The notes under the pieces: model-generated
Seen by the model: only the letters and a program-made list of their open reading frames with translations
What the model was told of the DNA's origin: nothing
Database searches by the model: none
Program-made: the position numbers and the translations under genes
Shown here: positions 10,771 through 19,207 of the stretch, one piece after another
Layout: every line of letters begins with the position of its first letter
Position numbering within the stretch: the stretch's first letter is position 1
Origin: Acidimicrobiia bacterium
GTDB taxonomy: Bacteria; Actinomycetota; Acidimicrobiia; Acidimicrobiales; SZUA-35
Direction of reading: 5' to 3'
DNA length: 39,289 bases
Assembly (NCBI GenBank): GCA_029861725.1
Contig: JAOTYQ010000002.1
Span: forward strand, 1 to 39,289

Positions 10771-12156
10771 ATGAGTGAGCCGATGGACATGATCATCAGG
10801 GGTGGCACGGTCGTGACCGCCGGGGTCGAGGCCGAGCTCGACATCGGCATCGTCGACGGCACGATTGCCCAGCTCGGAGGCGAGATGATCGCCGAGGTCG
10901 AGATCGACGCGTCCAGCCATCATGTCCTGCCAGGCGGGATCGACGCCCACGTCCACCTGACCCCACCGGGTACGGACCCGGGGTCGTGGCGGTGGGTCGA
11001 CGACTTCACCGTCGGCACTCGGGCGGCCGCGGCGGGCGGGATCACCACGGTCGGCAACATGTCGTTCCCCCGCAGGGGCGAGCAGATGGCGACGGGCCTC
11101 GAGCGCGATGTCGCCGACGCCGAGGCCAACGCCGTCGTCGACCACTTCCACCACCCGGTGTTGATGACCCCCGACGGGGAGGGCATCGAGCAGATCGCCA
11201 CCCTGGCCGCCCAAGGCCACCCGAGCATCAAGGTGTTCCTCTCGTTCCGGCGGTTCGACCGTCACGTCGACGGCTACTTGCAGGCGATGCAGGCGGCGGC
11301 GGCCGCCGGGTCGGTGGTGCTCGTTCATTGCGAGGATCCAGCGATCCTCCACTGTTGCGGGACGGCGCTAGCCGAGGCCGGACACACCGACGCCTCGTAC
11401 TACCCCGAGTCGCGCCCGGTCGAAGCCGAACGGATCGCCACCGAGCGGGCGGTCGGCTACTGCGCCACGACGGGAGCCGCCACCTACGTGGTCCACCTGT
11501 CGAGCCAGGCCGCGCTCGACGCCTGCCGGACGGCGAGGGCCCGCGATCTCCCCGTCTACGTCGAGACCCGGCCGATCTACCTCCACCTGGAGCGCTCGCT
11601 GTTCGATGAGCCCGACGGGGCCAAGTACTCCGGAGCCCCGCCCCTGCGCACCGATCGCGACCGCGATGCGCTGTGGGCTGGGATCAACGACGGCACGGTC
11701 GCCACCGTCTGCACCGACCACGCCCCGTGGAGCCTGGCCGACAAGCTCGACCCGACCGTCCCGGCCCACGAGCTGCGCCAGGGCATGGCCGAGCTGGAGA
11801 CGATGCTGCCAGTGCTGTGGAGCGAAGGGGTCGCAACCGGCAGGATCTCGGTGGCCCGGTTCGTCGAGGTCACCAGCACCTCGGCGGCACGGCTGTTCGG
11901 CATGTATCCCCGCAAGGGGGCGATCGCTCCCGGGTCCGATGCCGATCTCGTGGTCTGGAACGGCGACGAGACACGGCTCGTCGACGGGTCGACGATGCAC
12001 TCCCTCGCCGGGTACTCGCCCTATGACGGGTGGAGCGTGACCGGCTGGCCCGAGCTCACGATCAGCCGCGGCGAGATCGTGGCCAAGGGCACCGACGTCG
12101 TCGGTGAGCCTGGCCGGGGCCAGCTCGTGCCCCGCTCCCGATTCCGACGTCCCTGA
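10771..12156 (+). CDS. Cyclic amidohydrolase of the dihydropyrimidinase/D-hydantoinase family
   Basis: 461 aa with GAGGAG upstream. The full metal-ligand set is visible: GGIDAHVHL (HxH), SIKVFL (carbamylated Lys position), VHCED, VVHLSS and CTDHAPW. Confidence 0.85.
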   Translation: MSEPMDMIIRGGTVVTAGVEAELDIGIVDGTIAQLGGEMIAEVEIDASSHHVLPGGIDAHVHLTPPGTDPGSWRWVDDFTVGTRAAAAGGITTVGNMSFPRRGEQMATGLERDVADAEANAVVDHFHHPVLMTPDGEGIEQIATLAAQGHPSIKVFLSFRRFDRHVDGYLQAMQAAAAAGSVVLVHCEDPAILHCCGTALAEAGHTDASYYPESRPVEAERIATERAVGYCATTGAATYVVHLSSQAALDACRTARARDLPVYVETRPIYLHLERSLFDEPDGAKYSGAPPLRTDRDRDALWAGINDGTVATVCTDHAPWSLADKLDPTVPAHELRQGMAELETMLPVLWSEGVATGRISVARFVEVTSTSAARLFGMYPRKGAIAPGSDADLVVWNGDETRLVDGSTMHSLAGYSPYDGWSVTGWPELTISRGEIVAKGTDVVGEPGRGQLVPRSRFRRP

Positions 12157-12247
12157 GCCCAGCCCGCGCGATCAACGATCGCCCCGGCGCACGGCTTTCG
12201 ACGGTTCGGAGGGGTGCGCGAGACTGCACTGCGATGAAGGGACCGCC

Positions 12248-13393
12248 ATGAAGTTCGCACCAACGGAATTGACCGAGCCCGAACGAGCGCTCCAGGCCGA
12301 GGTCAGGGAGTTCCTCGCCGCAGAGCTCCCGCCGGGCTCATACCCGAGAGCGCTCGGGATGGGGGCCGGCAATGACCCCGAGTTCTCCAAGAAGCTCGCC
12401 GCACGGGGTTGGGTGGGCATGGCCCTGCCGAAGGAGTACGGCGGCCACGACCGGACCGCGGTCGACCGGTTCATCGTCGTCGAGGAGCTCCTCAGCCACG
12501 GCGCACCGATCGGCTATCACTGGGTCGCCGACCGTCAGACCGGATCGATCATCAACCGATTCGGCACGGAGGAGCAACGGGAGCGCTTCCTGCCCCCGAT
12601 CTGTCGTGGCGAGCTCGGGTTCTCGATCGGGATGAGCGAGCCCGACAGCGGCAGCGATCTCGCGTCGGTCTCCACCCGGGCGACCAGGACCGACGGTGGC
12701 TGGCTACTCAACGGCACCAAGGTCTGGACGAGCGGTGCTCACGAGAACGACTGGTTCGTCGTGCTGTGCCGGACCGCCCCTTTGGAGGACGGCCACAAGC
12801 ACCAGGGGCTCAGCCAGCTGCTGGTCGACCTCACGTCACCGGGGTTGGAGATCAACGGCATCCCGTTCCTCGACGGCAGCCCCGGATTCAACGAAGTGGT
12901 CATGAGCGACGTCTTCGTGCCCGATGAGCTGGTGCTCGGCGAGCTGGGTATGGGCTGGGCCCAGAACACCTCCGAGCTCGCCTACGAGCGAGGCGGCCCC
13001 GACCGGTGGCTGAGCACGTTCGGCATCGTCGAGGAGTTCCTCCGGCTCAGCGAGGGCACCCCGCTGGGCGATCGGGCGGCCGAGATGCTCGGCTGGGCCA
13101 CATCGCGATGGTGGGCGCTGCGCAACCTCTCGCTGTCGGTGGCCCGTCTGATCGACGAGGGCCAGGCCCCGTCGGTCGAATCGTCGCTCGTGAAGGAGAT
13201 GGGCACCCGGTTCGAGCAGGACGTCCTCCAGAAGGTGATCGAGCTCGTCGACCTCGAGCCGTCGCCCGAGTCGGCGTCGCTGTTCGAGCGGCTCGTGGCC
13301 GCCGCCGTCCAGACCGGGCCTTCGTTCACGATCCGGGGCGGGACGATCGAGATCCTCCGCTCGGTGGCGTCGAAGGGGCTGGGCCGTGGCTGA
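12248..13393 (+). CDS. Acyl-CoA dehydrogenase family protein (first of an adjacent pair)
   Basis: The start is ATG 12248, with GAAGGGA upstream. ACAD N- and middle-domain motifs are present (GWVGMALPKEYGG, FSIGMSEPDSGSDLASV, NGTKVWTSGA). The C-terminus reads TIRGGTIEILRS. Confidence 0.85.
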   Translation: MKFAPTELTEPERALQAEVREFLAAELPPGSYPRALGMGAGNDPEFSKKLAARGWVGMALPKEYGGHDRTAVDRFIVVEELLSHGAPIGYHWVADRQTGSIINRFGTEEQRERFLPPICRGELGFSIGMSEPDSGSDLASVSTRATRTDGGWLLNGTKVWTSGAHENDWFVVLCRTAPLEDGHKHQGLSQLLVDLTSPGLEINGIPFLDGSPGFNEVVMSDVFVPDELVLGELGMGWAQNTSELAYERGGPDRWLSTFGIVEEFLRLSEGTPLGDRAAEMLGWATSRWWALRNLSLSVARLIDEGQAPSVESSLVKEMGTRFEQDVLQKVIELVDLEPSPESASLFERLVAAAVQTGPSFTIRGGTIEILRSVASKGLGRG

Positions 13394-14483
13394 GACGACC
13401 GCTACCACCGACGACTCGGTCGATCAGCTCTTGATCGACAGTGCCGAGCAGATGTTCGGCCAGACGTGCACATTCGACGCGGTCCAGGCGGCCGAGGACG
13501 AGGGTTGGGCCCCCGAGATCTGGCAGGCGGTCGCCGAAGCCGGCTTTGCCTGGATCGGCGTGCCCGTCGACGCCGGGGGCTCCGGCGGCACCCTGATCGA
13601 CGCCTGCGAAGTGCTCCGCATCGCCGGGAGCCGAGCCGCCCCGATTCCGCTGGCCGAGACGGGGATCCTGGGTGGCTGGCTGCTCGCCAGCGCCGGACTG
13701 GAGCTCCCCGGGGGCGCGGTCACCATCGTTCCTGGGGTTTCCGGCGACACGTTGCAGGCGGCCGGTGGCGACAACGGCTCGGTGTCGCTGTCGGGGCGGG
13801 CCCAGCGCGTGCCATGGGCCAGGCAGGCCGAGCGGATCGCCGCTCTGGTGACGGTAGACGGCGAGCCGACGGTGGTGTCGGTACCGGTCGGCTCGGTCCG
13901 GGTCGAGCCGGCGACGAACGTGGCCGGCGAACCTCGCGACACCGTGACGTTCGACGGTGTGGTCGCAGGCACCGACGAGGCCGGAGCGGCCTCGCCCGAT
14001 GTGAGCGCCGAGTCGTTCCGGCTGCGGGGTGCGCTGAGCCGAGCCATGCTCATGGCGGGGGCGATGGAGGCCATGAGCGCGCTCACCGTCACCTACACCG
14101 CCGAGCGCGAGCAGTTCGGACGGCCGATCGCCCGGTTCCAGGCCGTGCAGCAGCATCTCGTCTGGGGCGCCCAAGACGCAGTGCTGACGAAGATGGCCGC
14201 TGCGGTGGCGGCTCGGGAGGCGAACCGGGACTTCGCCGGTGCCCGCTTCGAGATCGCCGCAGCCAAGACCGTGGCCGACGAGTCCGCCTCGACCGCCACT
14301 CGGTGGGCCCATCAGGCCCACGGGGCGATGGGGATGACCCAGGAATACGCTCTCCACCACCTCTCCCGGCGGCTGTGGGCCTGGCGTCACGAGTATTCGA
14401 CGCCGGGGGAGTGGCCCGCCGTCGTCGGACGGGAGGCGGAGTCGGCCGGGGCCGACGGCCTCTATCCTCTGATCGCGTCATGA
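13386..14483 (+). CDS. Acyl-CoA dehydrogenase family protein (second of the pair)
   Basis: The GTG start overlaps the upstream stop (GTGGCTGA). It has an ACAD-like C-terminal helical domain ([10 protein letters not shown] ... [21 protein letters not shown]). Confidence 0.8.
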   Translation: MAETTATTDDSVDQLLIDSAEQMFGQTCTFDAVQAAEDEGWAPEIWQAVAEAGFAWIGVPVDAGGSGGTLIDACEVLRIAGSRAAPIPLAETGILGGWLLASAGLELPGGAVTIVPGVSGDTLQAAGGDNGSVSLSGRAQRVPWARQAERIAALVTVDGEPTVVSVPVGSVRVEPATNVAGEPRDTVTFDGVVAGTDEAGAASPDVSAESFRLRGALSRAMLMAGAMEAMSALTVTYTAEREQFGRPIARFQAVQQHLVWGAQDAVLTKMAAAVAAREANRDFAGARFEIAAAKTVADESASTATRWAHQAHGAMGMTQEYALHHLSRRLWAWRHEYSTPGEWPAVVGREAESAGADGLYPLIAS

Positions 14484-15247
14484 GCGGCAACTCTCGGGTG
14501 GCGCTGATCACCGGGGGCGGGACGGGGGTCGGCCGCGCCGCCGCTCTGGCCCTGGCGGGCGACGACTGGGCGATCGCAGTCACCGGCCGCCGAACCGAGC
14601 TGCTGGAGGAGACGATCGCATTGGCCGCCGACGTCGGTCTCGACCCCGACCGGGCTCTGGCGATAACCGCCGACGTGACGGTCGAGGCCGACGTCGCCGG
14701 CGCCTTCGCCCAGGTCGTCGACCGGTTCGGTCGGCTCGACCTGCTCTTCAACAACGCCGGCACCGGGGCACCACCCAAACCGCTCGACGAGCTCACACTC
14801 GATGAGTGGCAGCGGGTCGTCGACGTCAACCTGACCGGGTCGTTCCTGTGCGCCCGGGCCGCTCTGGCCCAGATGAAGGCCCAGGATCCGATCGGTGGCC
14901 GGATCATCAACAACGGGTCGATCTCGGCCGACCGGCCACGCCCGAACTCGGCCCCCTATACCGCAACCAAGCACGCAGTGACCGGGCTGACGAAGTCGCT
15001 GGCCCTCGACGGGCGGGGTTACCGGATTGCATGCGGGCAGATCGACATCGGCAACGCCGAGACCCCGATGACGGCGGCGATGGCCAAGGGCGTGCCCCAA
15101 CCAGACGGGTCGGTCCGGCCCGAGCCCCGGATGGACATCGACGATGTCGGCCGGGCGTTGCACTACATGGCCAACCTCCCCCTCGAGTCGAACGTCCTGT
15201 TCCTCACCGTCATGGCCACCGAGATGCCCTTCGTCGGTCGAGGCTGA
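14480..15247 (+). CDS. SDR family oxidoreductase
   Basis: The start overlaps the upstream ACAD stop as ATGA. Motifs present: [15 protein letters not shown], and the catalytic Y..xK region (YTATKHAV). Confidence 0.9.
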   Translation: MSGNSRVALITGGGTGVGRAAALALAGDDWAIAVTGRRTELLEETIALAADVGLDPDRALAITADVTVEADVAGAFAQVVDRFGRLDLLFNNAGTGAPPKPLDELTLDEWQRVVDVNLTGSFLCARAALAQMKAQDPIGGRIINNGSISADRPRPNSAPYTATKHAVTGLTKSLALDGRGYRIACGQIDIGNAETPMTAAMAKGVPQPDGSVRPEPRMDIDDVGRALHYMANLPLESNVLFLTVMATEMPFVGRG

Positions 15248-15373
15248 AGCCCCCCGAAAGACCTCATCGGGTCAACCGGTGAAGCCGATGTGTCAGCGAG
15301 CCCGGATGCGCAGCTTGGCTGTCGCGCGCTGGCGTCCCATCGAGGATTAGAGGCCGCCCGAGTAGGTGGCCAT

Positions 15374-15434
15374 CACCAGTTGAGGTGTCGGCTCGGTTTT
15401 GATTCCGAGTGCGACCCAACCCCTGCAACTGGTG
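15374..15434. terminator. 61-nt nested stem-loop between convergent genes (terminator or small structured RNA)
   Basis: The outer 9-bp stem is CACCAGTTG (15374-15382) with CAACTGGTG (15426-15434). The inner stem is GTCG-G-CTCGG / CCGAG-TG-CGAC around the loop TTTTGATT. The element begins 10 nt past the membrane-protein stop. Confidence 0.3.
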
Positions 15435-15443
15435 GAGGCACTG

Positions 15444-16118
15444 TCAGCTCTCGTCCTCGATCGTGAGCTCGTTCCTGGAACGCAAGATGAGGATGCTGAC
15501 AATCAGCACCCAGAGGGGAAGGACCAGCCGCGACTCACGCACTGCTGGGCCGACGATCAGCAACGCGAGCCCGACGAGGTAGGTCACCCAGATCAACCAG
15601 CGGGGCATCATCTCTGTCCGGAGCCAGATGGTTCCCGAGGAGAACATGAAGACGGCCGCCATGCGCAGGGTGACGACGCCGCCCATGACCTCGATCATCG
15701 AGACGCCGAAGACGAACGCGCCGCTCGACGTCCACGTGTCCGGCTCGGCCTCGGCGCTGGCCACGATGGCAGCGATCAACGTCAGCCACATGAACAACCC
15801 CGCCAAGAACAGCAGTCCACTGCCGAGGAAGACGGTGGAGAAGAAGCGGTCTTCGTGCTCGCCGATCTGGTCTCGGATCACGCCGATGAACCAGAGGAAC
15901 GCGATGCCGGCGAACGGCACGAGGGTGACGGCCAGGCCGAGAAGCCCCGTTCTCTCGCCGAGCCATTCGCGATCATCGATCGCCTCGTCGGGCACCGAGA
16001 TCTGGATCAAGACGATGCTCGTGGCCAGGAGGACCGAGAAGATGATCCCGGCGACACCGGCAGCCTCCGGCGTCCGCAAGCGGATCGGGGTCAAGGGCTG
16101 AGGCAGGTCATCGGCCAT
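15444..16118 (-). CDS. Integral membrane protein, unknown function
   Basis: It has about five predicted TM segments (GVAGIIFSVLLATSIVLI, LLGLAVTLVPFAGIAFLWFIGVI, etc.). ATG 16118 has GGAG 10 nt upstream; the track start at 16142 is a TTG. Confidence 0.65.
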   Translation of the reverse strand: MADDLPQPLTPIRLRTPEAAGVAGIIFSVLLATSIVLIQISVPDEAIDDREWLGERTGLLGLAVTLVPFAGIAFLWFIGVIRDQIGEHEDRFFSTVFLGSGLLFLAGLFMWLTLIAAIVASAEAEPDTWTSSGAFVFGVSMIEVMGGVVTLRMAAVFMFSSGTIWLRTEMMPRWLIWVTYLVGLALLIVGPAVRESRLVLPLWVLIVSILILRSRNELTIEDES

Positions 16119-16184
16119 CGTCGTCCATCTCCGTCTCGCCAAGTCTCGACCGATTCCGGGATGGAGGGTAGACGAGGTGGCGCC

Positions 16185-16198
16185 TTCACCCGGGTGAA
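16185..16198. promoter_or_regulatory. Perfect 14-bp palindrome upstream of the membrane-protein gene (candidate operator)
   Basis: TTCACCCGGGTGAA lies about 67 nt upstream of ATG 16118. Unlike most GC-only palindromes in this window, it has mixed base composition. Confidence 0.3.
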
Positions 16199-16299
16199 AT
16201 GGCTGCCAGGCTGTGATCCAGCTTCGCGTAGAGCGCTAGGGGACCAGAATGGGAGGACAGACTTGCGGGGAACGGGCGGACCGAGAGAGGGGTTTGACG

Positions 16300-16398
16300 T
16301 TGGCCGATGTAGTGACCTCGTTCTACGAGCAGCACCCGTACCCACCGCCGGTGCGGAACCTGAAGTCGTATCGAGCCACGTGGCGGCTACGTGACTAG
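16300..16398 (+). pseudogene. Possible 5' stub (32 codons) of a class I SAM-dependent methyltransferase gene
   Basis: The TTG start is preceded by GAGAGAGGGG. The translation LADVVTSFYEQHPYPPPVRNLKSYRATWRLRD stops inside the 3' end of the convergent thioesterase gene. The FY..HPYPPP...L..Y...W pattern recalls methyltransferase N-termini, but this is from memory only. Confidence 0.25.
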
Positions 16399-17227
16399 CG
16401 GGGTCCGACCAGGCCTGACTGGCTCGACACGGCCAGCAGGTGCCCGTCACGGCTCCAGAGGTTGACGTTGCCGTGGCCGAGACCGTCGGCCACGGCGTGG
16501 ACACCTACGTCGGCCAGGACCCAGTCGGTCGCTCGGGGCTCGACGACTCGAATCGTGTTGTCGATGCTGCGGGCCCGGACGTCGTCGCCGACGGCGGCGG
16601 CGACACCGGCCGACACGTCGTCGCCGAGGATGGCGAGGGCCGAGGCGCAGGGCGCCACCCCGCCGGGCATGGTCACCCACAGGGCCGACCGACCGTCGAC
16701 GGCGGTGAGGAAGCCGTCGTCGCCGGTGGTCGCCATCCGCTCCTCGATCCGGGACCGGAGCCCGCCCCGGCGCTCCTCGTTGACGAGCCTGCGATTGGCG
16801 CACGCCTCTGGTGGCGGCACGTCTGGCATCGCCTCCCAGGAGCCAGCGGCCACCGACTCGCGGCGTCCCAGCGCCGCCAGCCCAGCGAGCACGACCCGGT
16901 CGTCACAGGTCCCGGTGACCCGGAGCTGCGACATCCTCCGACCGGCAGCGAGGACGTCGACCTCGAGCCTGACAACATCAGGCGGGGCGGCGCCGGCGAC
17001 GAACTGCAGCGTCGCCCAGGCCACGGGTCGTCCGCTGAAGGTCTCGGCCGCTTCGATCATCGCCGCCAGCCCGCAGCCGTGTACAGCGCGCCCCGCCCGC
17101 CGCAGATCCCCTCGGTCACCGGCAACAGCCACCGTTGCGGGTCCTCGGTGGGCTCCAAGCCGAGAAACCGTCGGACCGACGTGTTGTCCGGTGGGTCACC
17201 GTCGGCTCGCCCGCTTCCGCCGCTCAC
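16395..17227 (-). pseudogene. Hot-dog fold acyl-CoA thioesterase, apparently frameshifted near its 5' end
   Basis: The main frame (16395-17132) reads ...RAGRAVHGCGLAAMIEAAETF.... An upstream frame (17057-17257) reads ...RRFLGLEPTEDPQRWLLPVTEGICGGRGALY and stops at 17057. Joined, the two give the classic hot-dog N-terminus (lGle...pV....G.lHGG...a). The switch falls in the G/C run at about 17087-17104. Confidence 0.5.
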
Positions 17228-17231
17228 GGTG

Positions 17232-17624
17232 TCAGTGACGGTGAGGAGCCGGACCATCGCCGGTCGGCTGCCGCCCGGCGAGATACTCGTCGAGCGCTTC
17301 GACCGCGTAGCCGGCGTAGACCATCGCCGGGCCGCTGCCCTGCATCACGGTGACGTTCAGCGCCTCGTAGATCTCCTCCTTGGTGGCCCCGACGTTCAGA
17401 CAGTCGCGCACGTGGAACGCGATGCAGACGTCACACTGCATGGCCACGACCAGACTCAAGCCGATCAGCTCCTTCGTCTTGCGGTCGAGAGCCCCGTCGG
17501 CCATCGCGAGCTCATGGGTTCGCCAGTAGGACGTGTGCAGCTCTGGCTGGTGATCGGCCAGCTTCCGTCCGGCGGCCGCGTTGCGGCGGAGGCGATCGCG
17601 GTATCCGCCGGGCTCGACGGCCAT
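17232..17624 (-). CDS. Carboxymuconolactone decarboxylase family protein (AhpD-like)
   Basis: 130 aa with the AhpD-type CxxC motif (AMQCDVCIAFH) and GATKEEIYEAL. Confidence 0.85.
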   Translation of the reverse strand: MAVEPGGYRDRLRRNAAAGRKLADHQPELHTSYWRTHELAMADGALDRKTKELIGLSLVVAMQCDVCIAFHVRDCLNVGATKEEIYEALNVTVMQGSGPAMVYAGYAVEALDEYLAGRQPTGDGPAPHRH

Positions 17625-17630
17625 CGGCGC

Positions 17631-18134
17631 CTACGGCTCCCGGCCCGGGAGGAACCGCTGGTCCACCCAACCCCGGTCGAACGGGGTGAAGAACGCAACG
17701 TCGATCGTGGTGGACGCGATCAACCAGCCGTCCTCGGCGTCGAAGGCCCGCCGGTAGGTGTCGGCGTAGGTCGCGGCCAACCACACCGCCTGCTCGCCCC
17801 GGCGCGACGCGTTGGTGCACGGCTGGAACAGGAGCCAGTGCCCGGTCGCGGTGTGGCCATCGATCTCGATGATCGGGTTCATCACCTGGTGGCGGGCGAT
17901 CGTGACCCGCTCCGAGGCTCCGGTGAAGTGGGCCCGGATCGCTTCCCGACCCCTCGCCACCCCGAAGGTATTGCCGCCGTCCCAGACGGCGTCCTCGGTG
18001 AAGAGCGCAGCCAAGCCGTCGGCGTCGTAGTCGTCGTCGCAGCGGGCGCAGTACCGGGCCTTGAGCTGCTTGATGGCCTCGATGTCCTCCAACCGCCGGA
18101 GGCGGGCTTCGAGATCTGTGCTCATGGCGGTCAT
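17631..18134 (-). CDS. SnoaL-like / NTF2-fold protein
   Basis: LEDIEAIKQLKARYCARCDDDYDADGLAALFTEDAVWDGG is typical of the SnoaL_4 family. The start is ATG 18134 or 18125. The track start at 18173 would overlap the divergent gene. Confidence 0.75.
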   Translation of the reverse strand: MTAMSTDLEARLRRLEDIEAIKQLKARYCARCDDDYDADGLAALFTEDAVWDGGNTFGVARGREAIRAHFTGASERVTIARHQVMNPIIEIDGHTATGHWLLFQPCTNASRRGEQAVWLAATYADTYRRAFDAEDGWLIASTTIDVAFFTPFDRGWVDQRFLPGREP

Positions 18135-18171
18135 CTTGGCGGAAACGGTCCAGCGTGGCCAAGCTGTGGCC

Positions 18172-19197
18172 ATGGCATCACCGTTGCGGTTCGGGCTGGT
18201 CGATCACATCGAGCTGAGCGACACAGCGTCGATGGGCGAGGTATTCCGCTGGCACCTCGATCTGGTCACCGCCGCCGACGAGGCGGGACTGTGGGGGTAT
18301 CACACGACCGAGCACCACCTGAGCGCTCTCGACGCCACCCCGTCGCCGAGCCTCTTCCTCGCCGCCGCTGCCCCGCTGACATCCCACATCCAGCTCTGCT
18401 CGCTCGTCCACATCATCACCGGGTACCACCCGGTTCGGTTGGCCGAGGAGATCATCATGCTCGACCACCTGACCGACGGCCGGTTCCAGCTCGGCGTCGG
18501 GAAGGGGGTGAGCCCACCCGAGCACCGGCTTCTCGACCTCGTCACCGAGGAGGTCGGGGCGGTCTTCGACGATCACCTCCGGAGGCTGGTCGACGTGCTC
18601 GAGGGGAAGCCGGTCGACGGAGCGCCGATCCCGTTCTCGGCGGTGCAGGATCCATACCCGCCGCTGTGGTACGCCGGCAATGCCCGCCGGGCGGCCGAGC
18701 TGAACCTACACGTCATCATCGGCGGCCCGCCGAAGCTGGTGGCCGATCAGATCGCCGAGCACCGACGGATCGGCGCCGAGCGGCGGTCGAGCCCTACGGG
18801 CCCGCCTCGCTACAACCCCACCGTCACCGCGCTCACGGTCGGTGCGACACGGCACGTGCTCGTCGACCGCGACGGCAACCGAGCCCGTCGCCGGGCGGTC
18901 GAGTCCTGGGCGACCTACACCCGCCACATCAACCACCACTTCGATCGCACCGGCGAATCGGCCACGCGGGACCCGACGTTCGGTGGCGACCCGCACGCCG
19001 CGATGGCCGCCTGCGGGCTCGTTGCCGGCTCACCAACCGAGATCGCCGACTCGTACCACGAGCTGGTCGAGGTCGGCGGGGCCGACTACCTCCTCGGCTC
19101 GTTCCACTGGGGCGACCTCACCCATCCCGAGGCGATGAGCTCGTTCGAGCTGTTCGTCACCGAGGTGATGCCGGCCGTGGCGGGCACTGTCGGCTGA
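18172..19197 (+). CDS. LLM-class flavin-dependent oxidoreductase (luciferase-like monooxygenase)
   Basis: The start is ATG 18172. LLM signatures are present: GLWGYHTTEHH and MLDHLTDGRFQLGVGKG. Confidence 0.85.
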   Translation: MASPLRFGLVDHIELSDTASMGEVFRWHLDLVTAADEAGLWGYHTTEHHLSALDATPSPSLFLAAAAPLTSHIQLCSLVHIITGYHPVRLAEEIIMLDHLTDGRFQLGVGKGVSPPEHRLLDLVTEEVGAVFDDHLRRLVDVLEGKPVDGAPIPFSAVQDPYPPLWYAGNARRAAELNLHVIIGGPPKLVADQIAEHRRIGAERRSSPTGPPRYNPTVTALTVGATRHVLVDRDGNRARRRAVESWATYTRHINHHFDRTGESATRDPTFGGDPHAAMAACGLVAGSPTEIADSYHELVEVGGADYLLGSFHWGDLTHPEAMSSFELFVTEVMPAVAGTVG

Positions 19198-19207
19198 CCC
19201 TGCGCCC

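Noticed and set aside
15388-15420. A tRNA-like T-arm (CTCGG-TTTTGATT-CCGAG followed by TGCGACCC), suggesting a tRNA or tRNA fragment that could mark an integration site.
   Set aside because: The loop is 8 nt and lacks the TTCGAAT/TTCAAAT consensus. No complementary acceptor 5' strand, D-arm or anticodon arm can be placed upstream on either strand. No integrase is nearby. I interpret it as part of the nested hairpin at 15374-15434.
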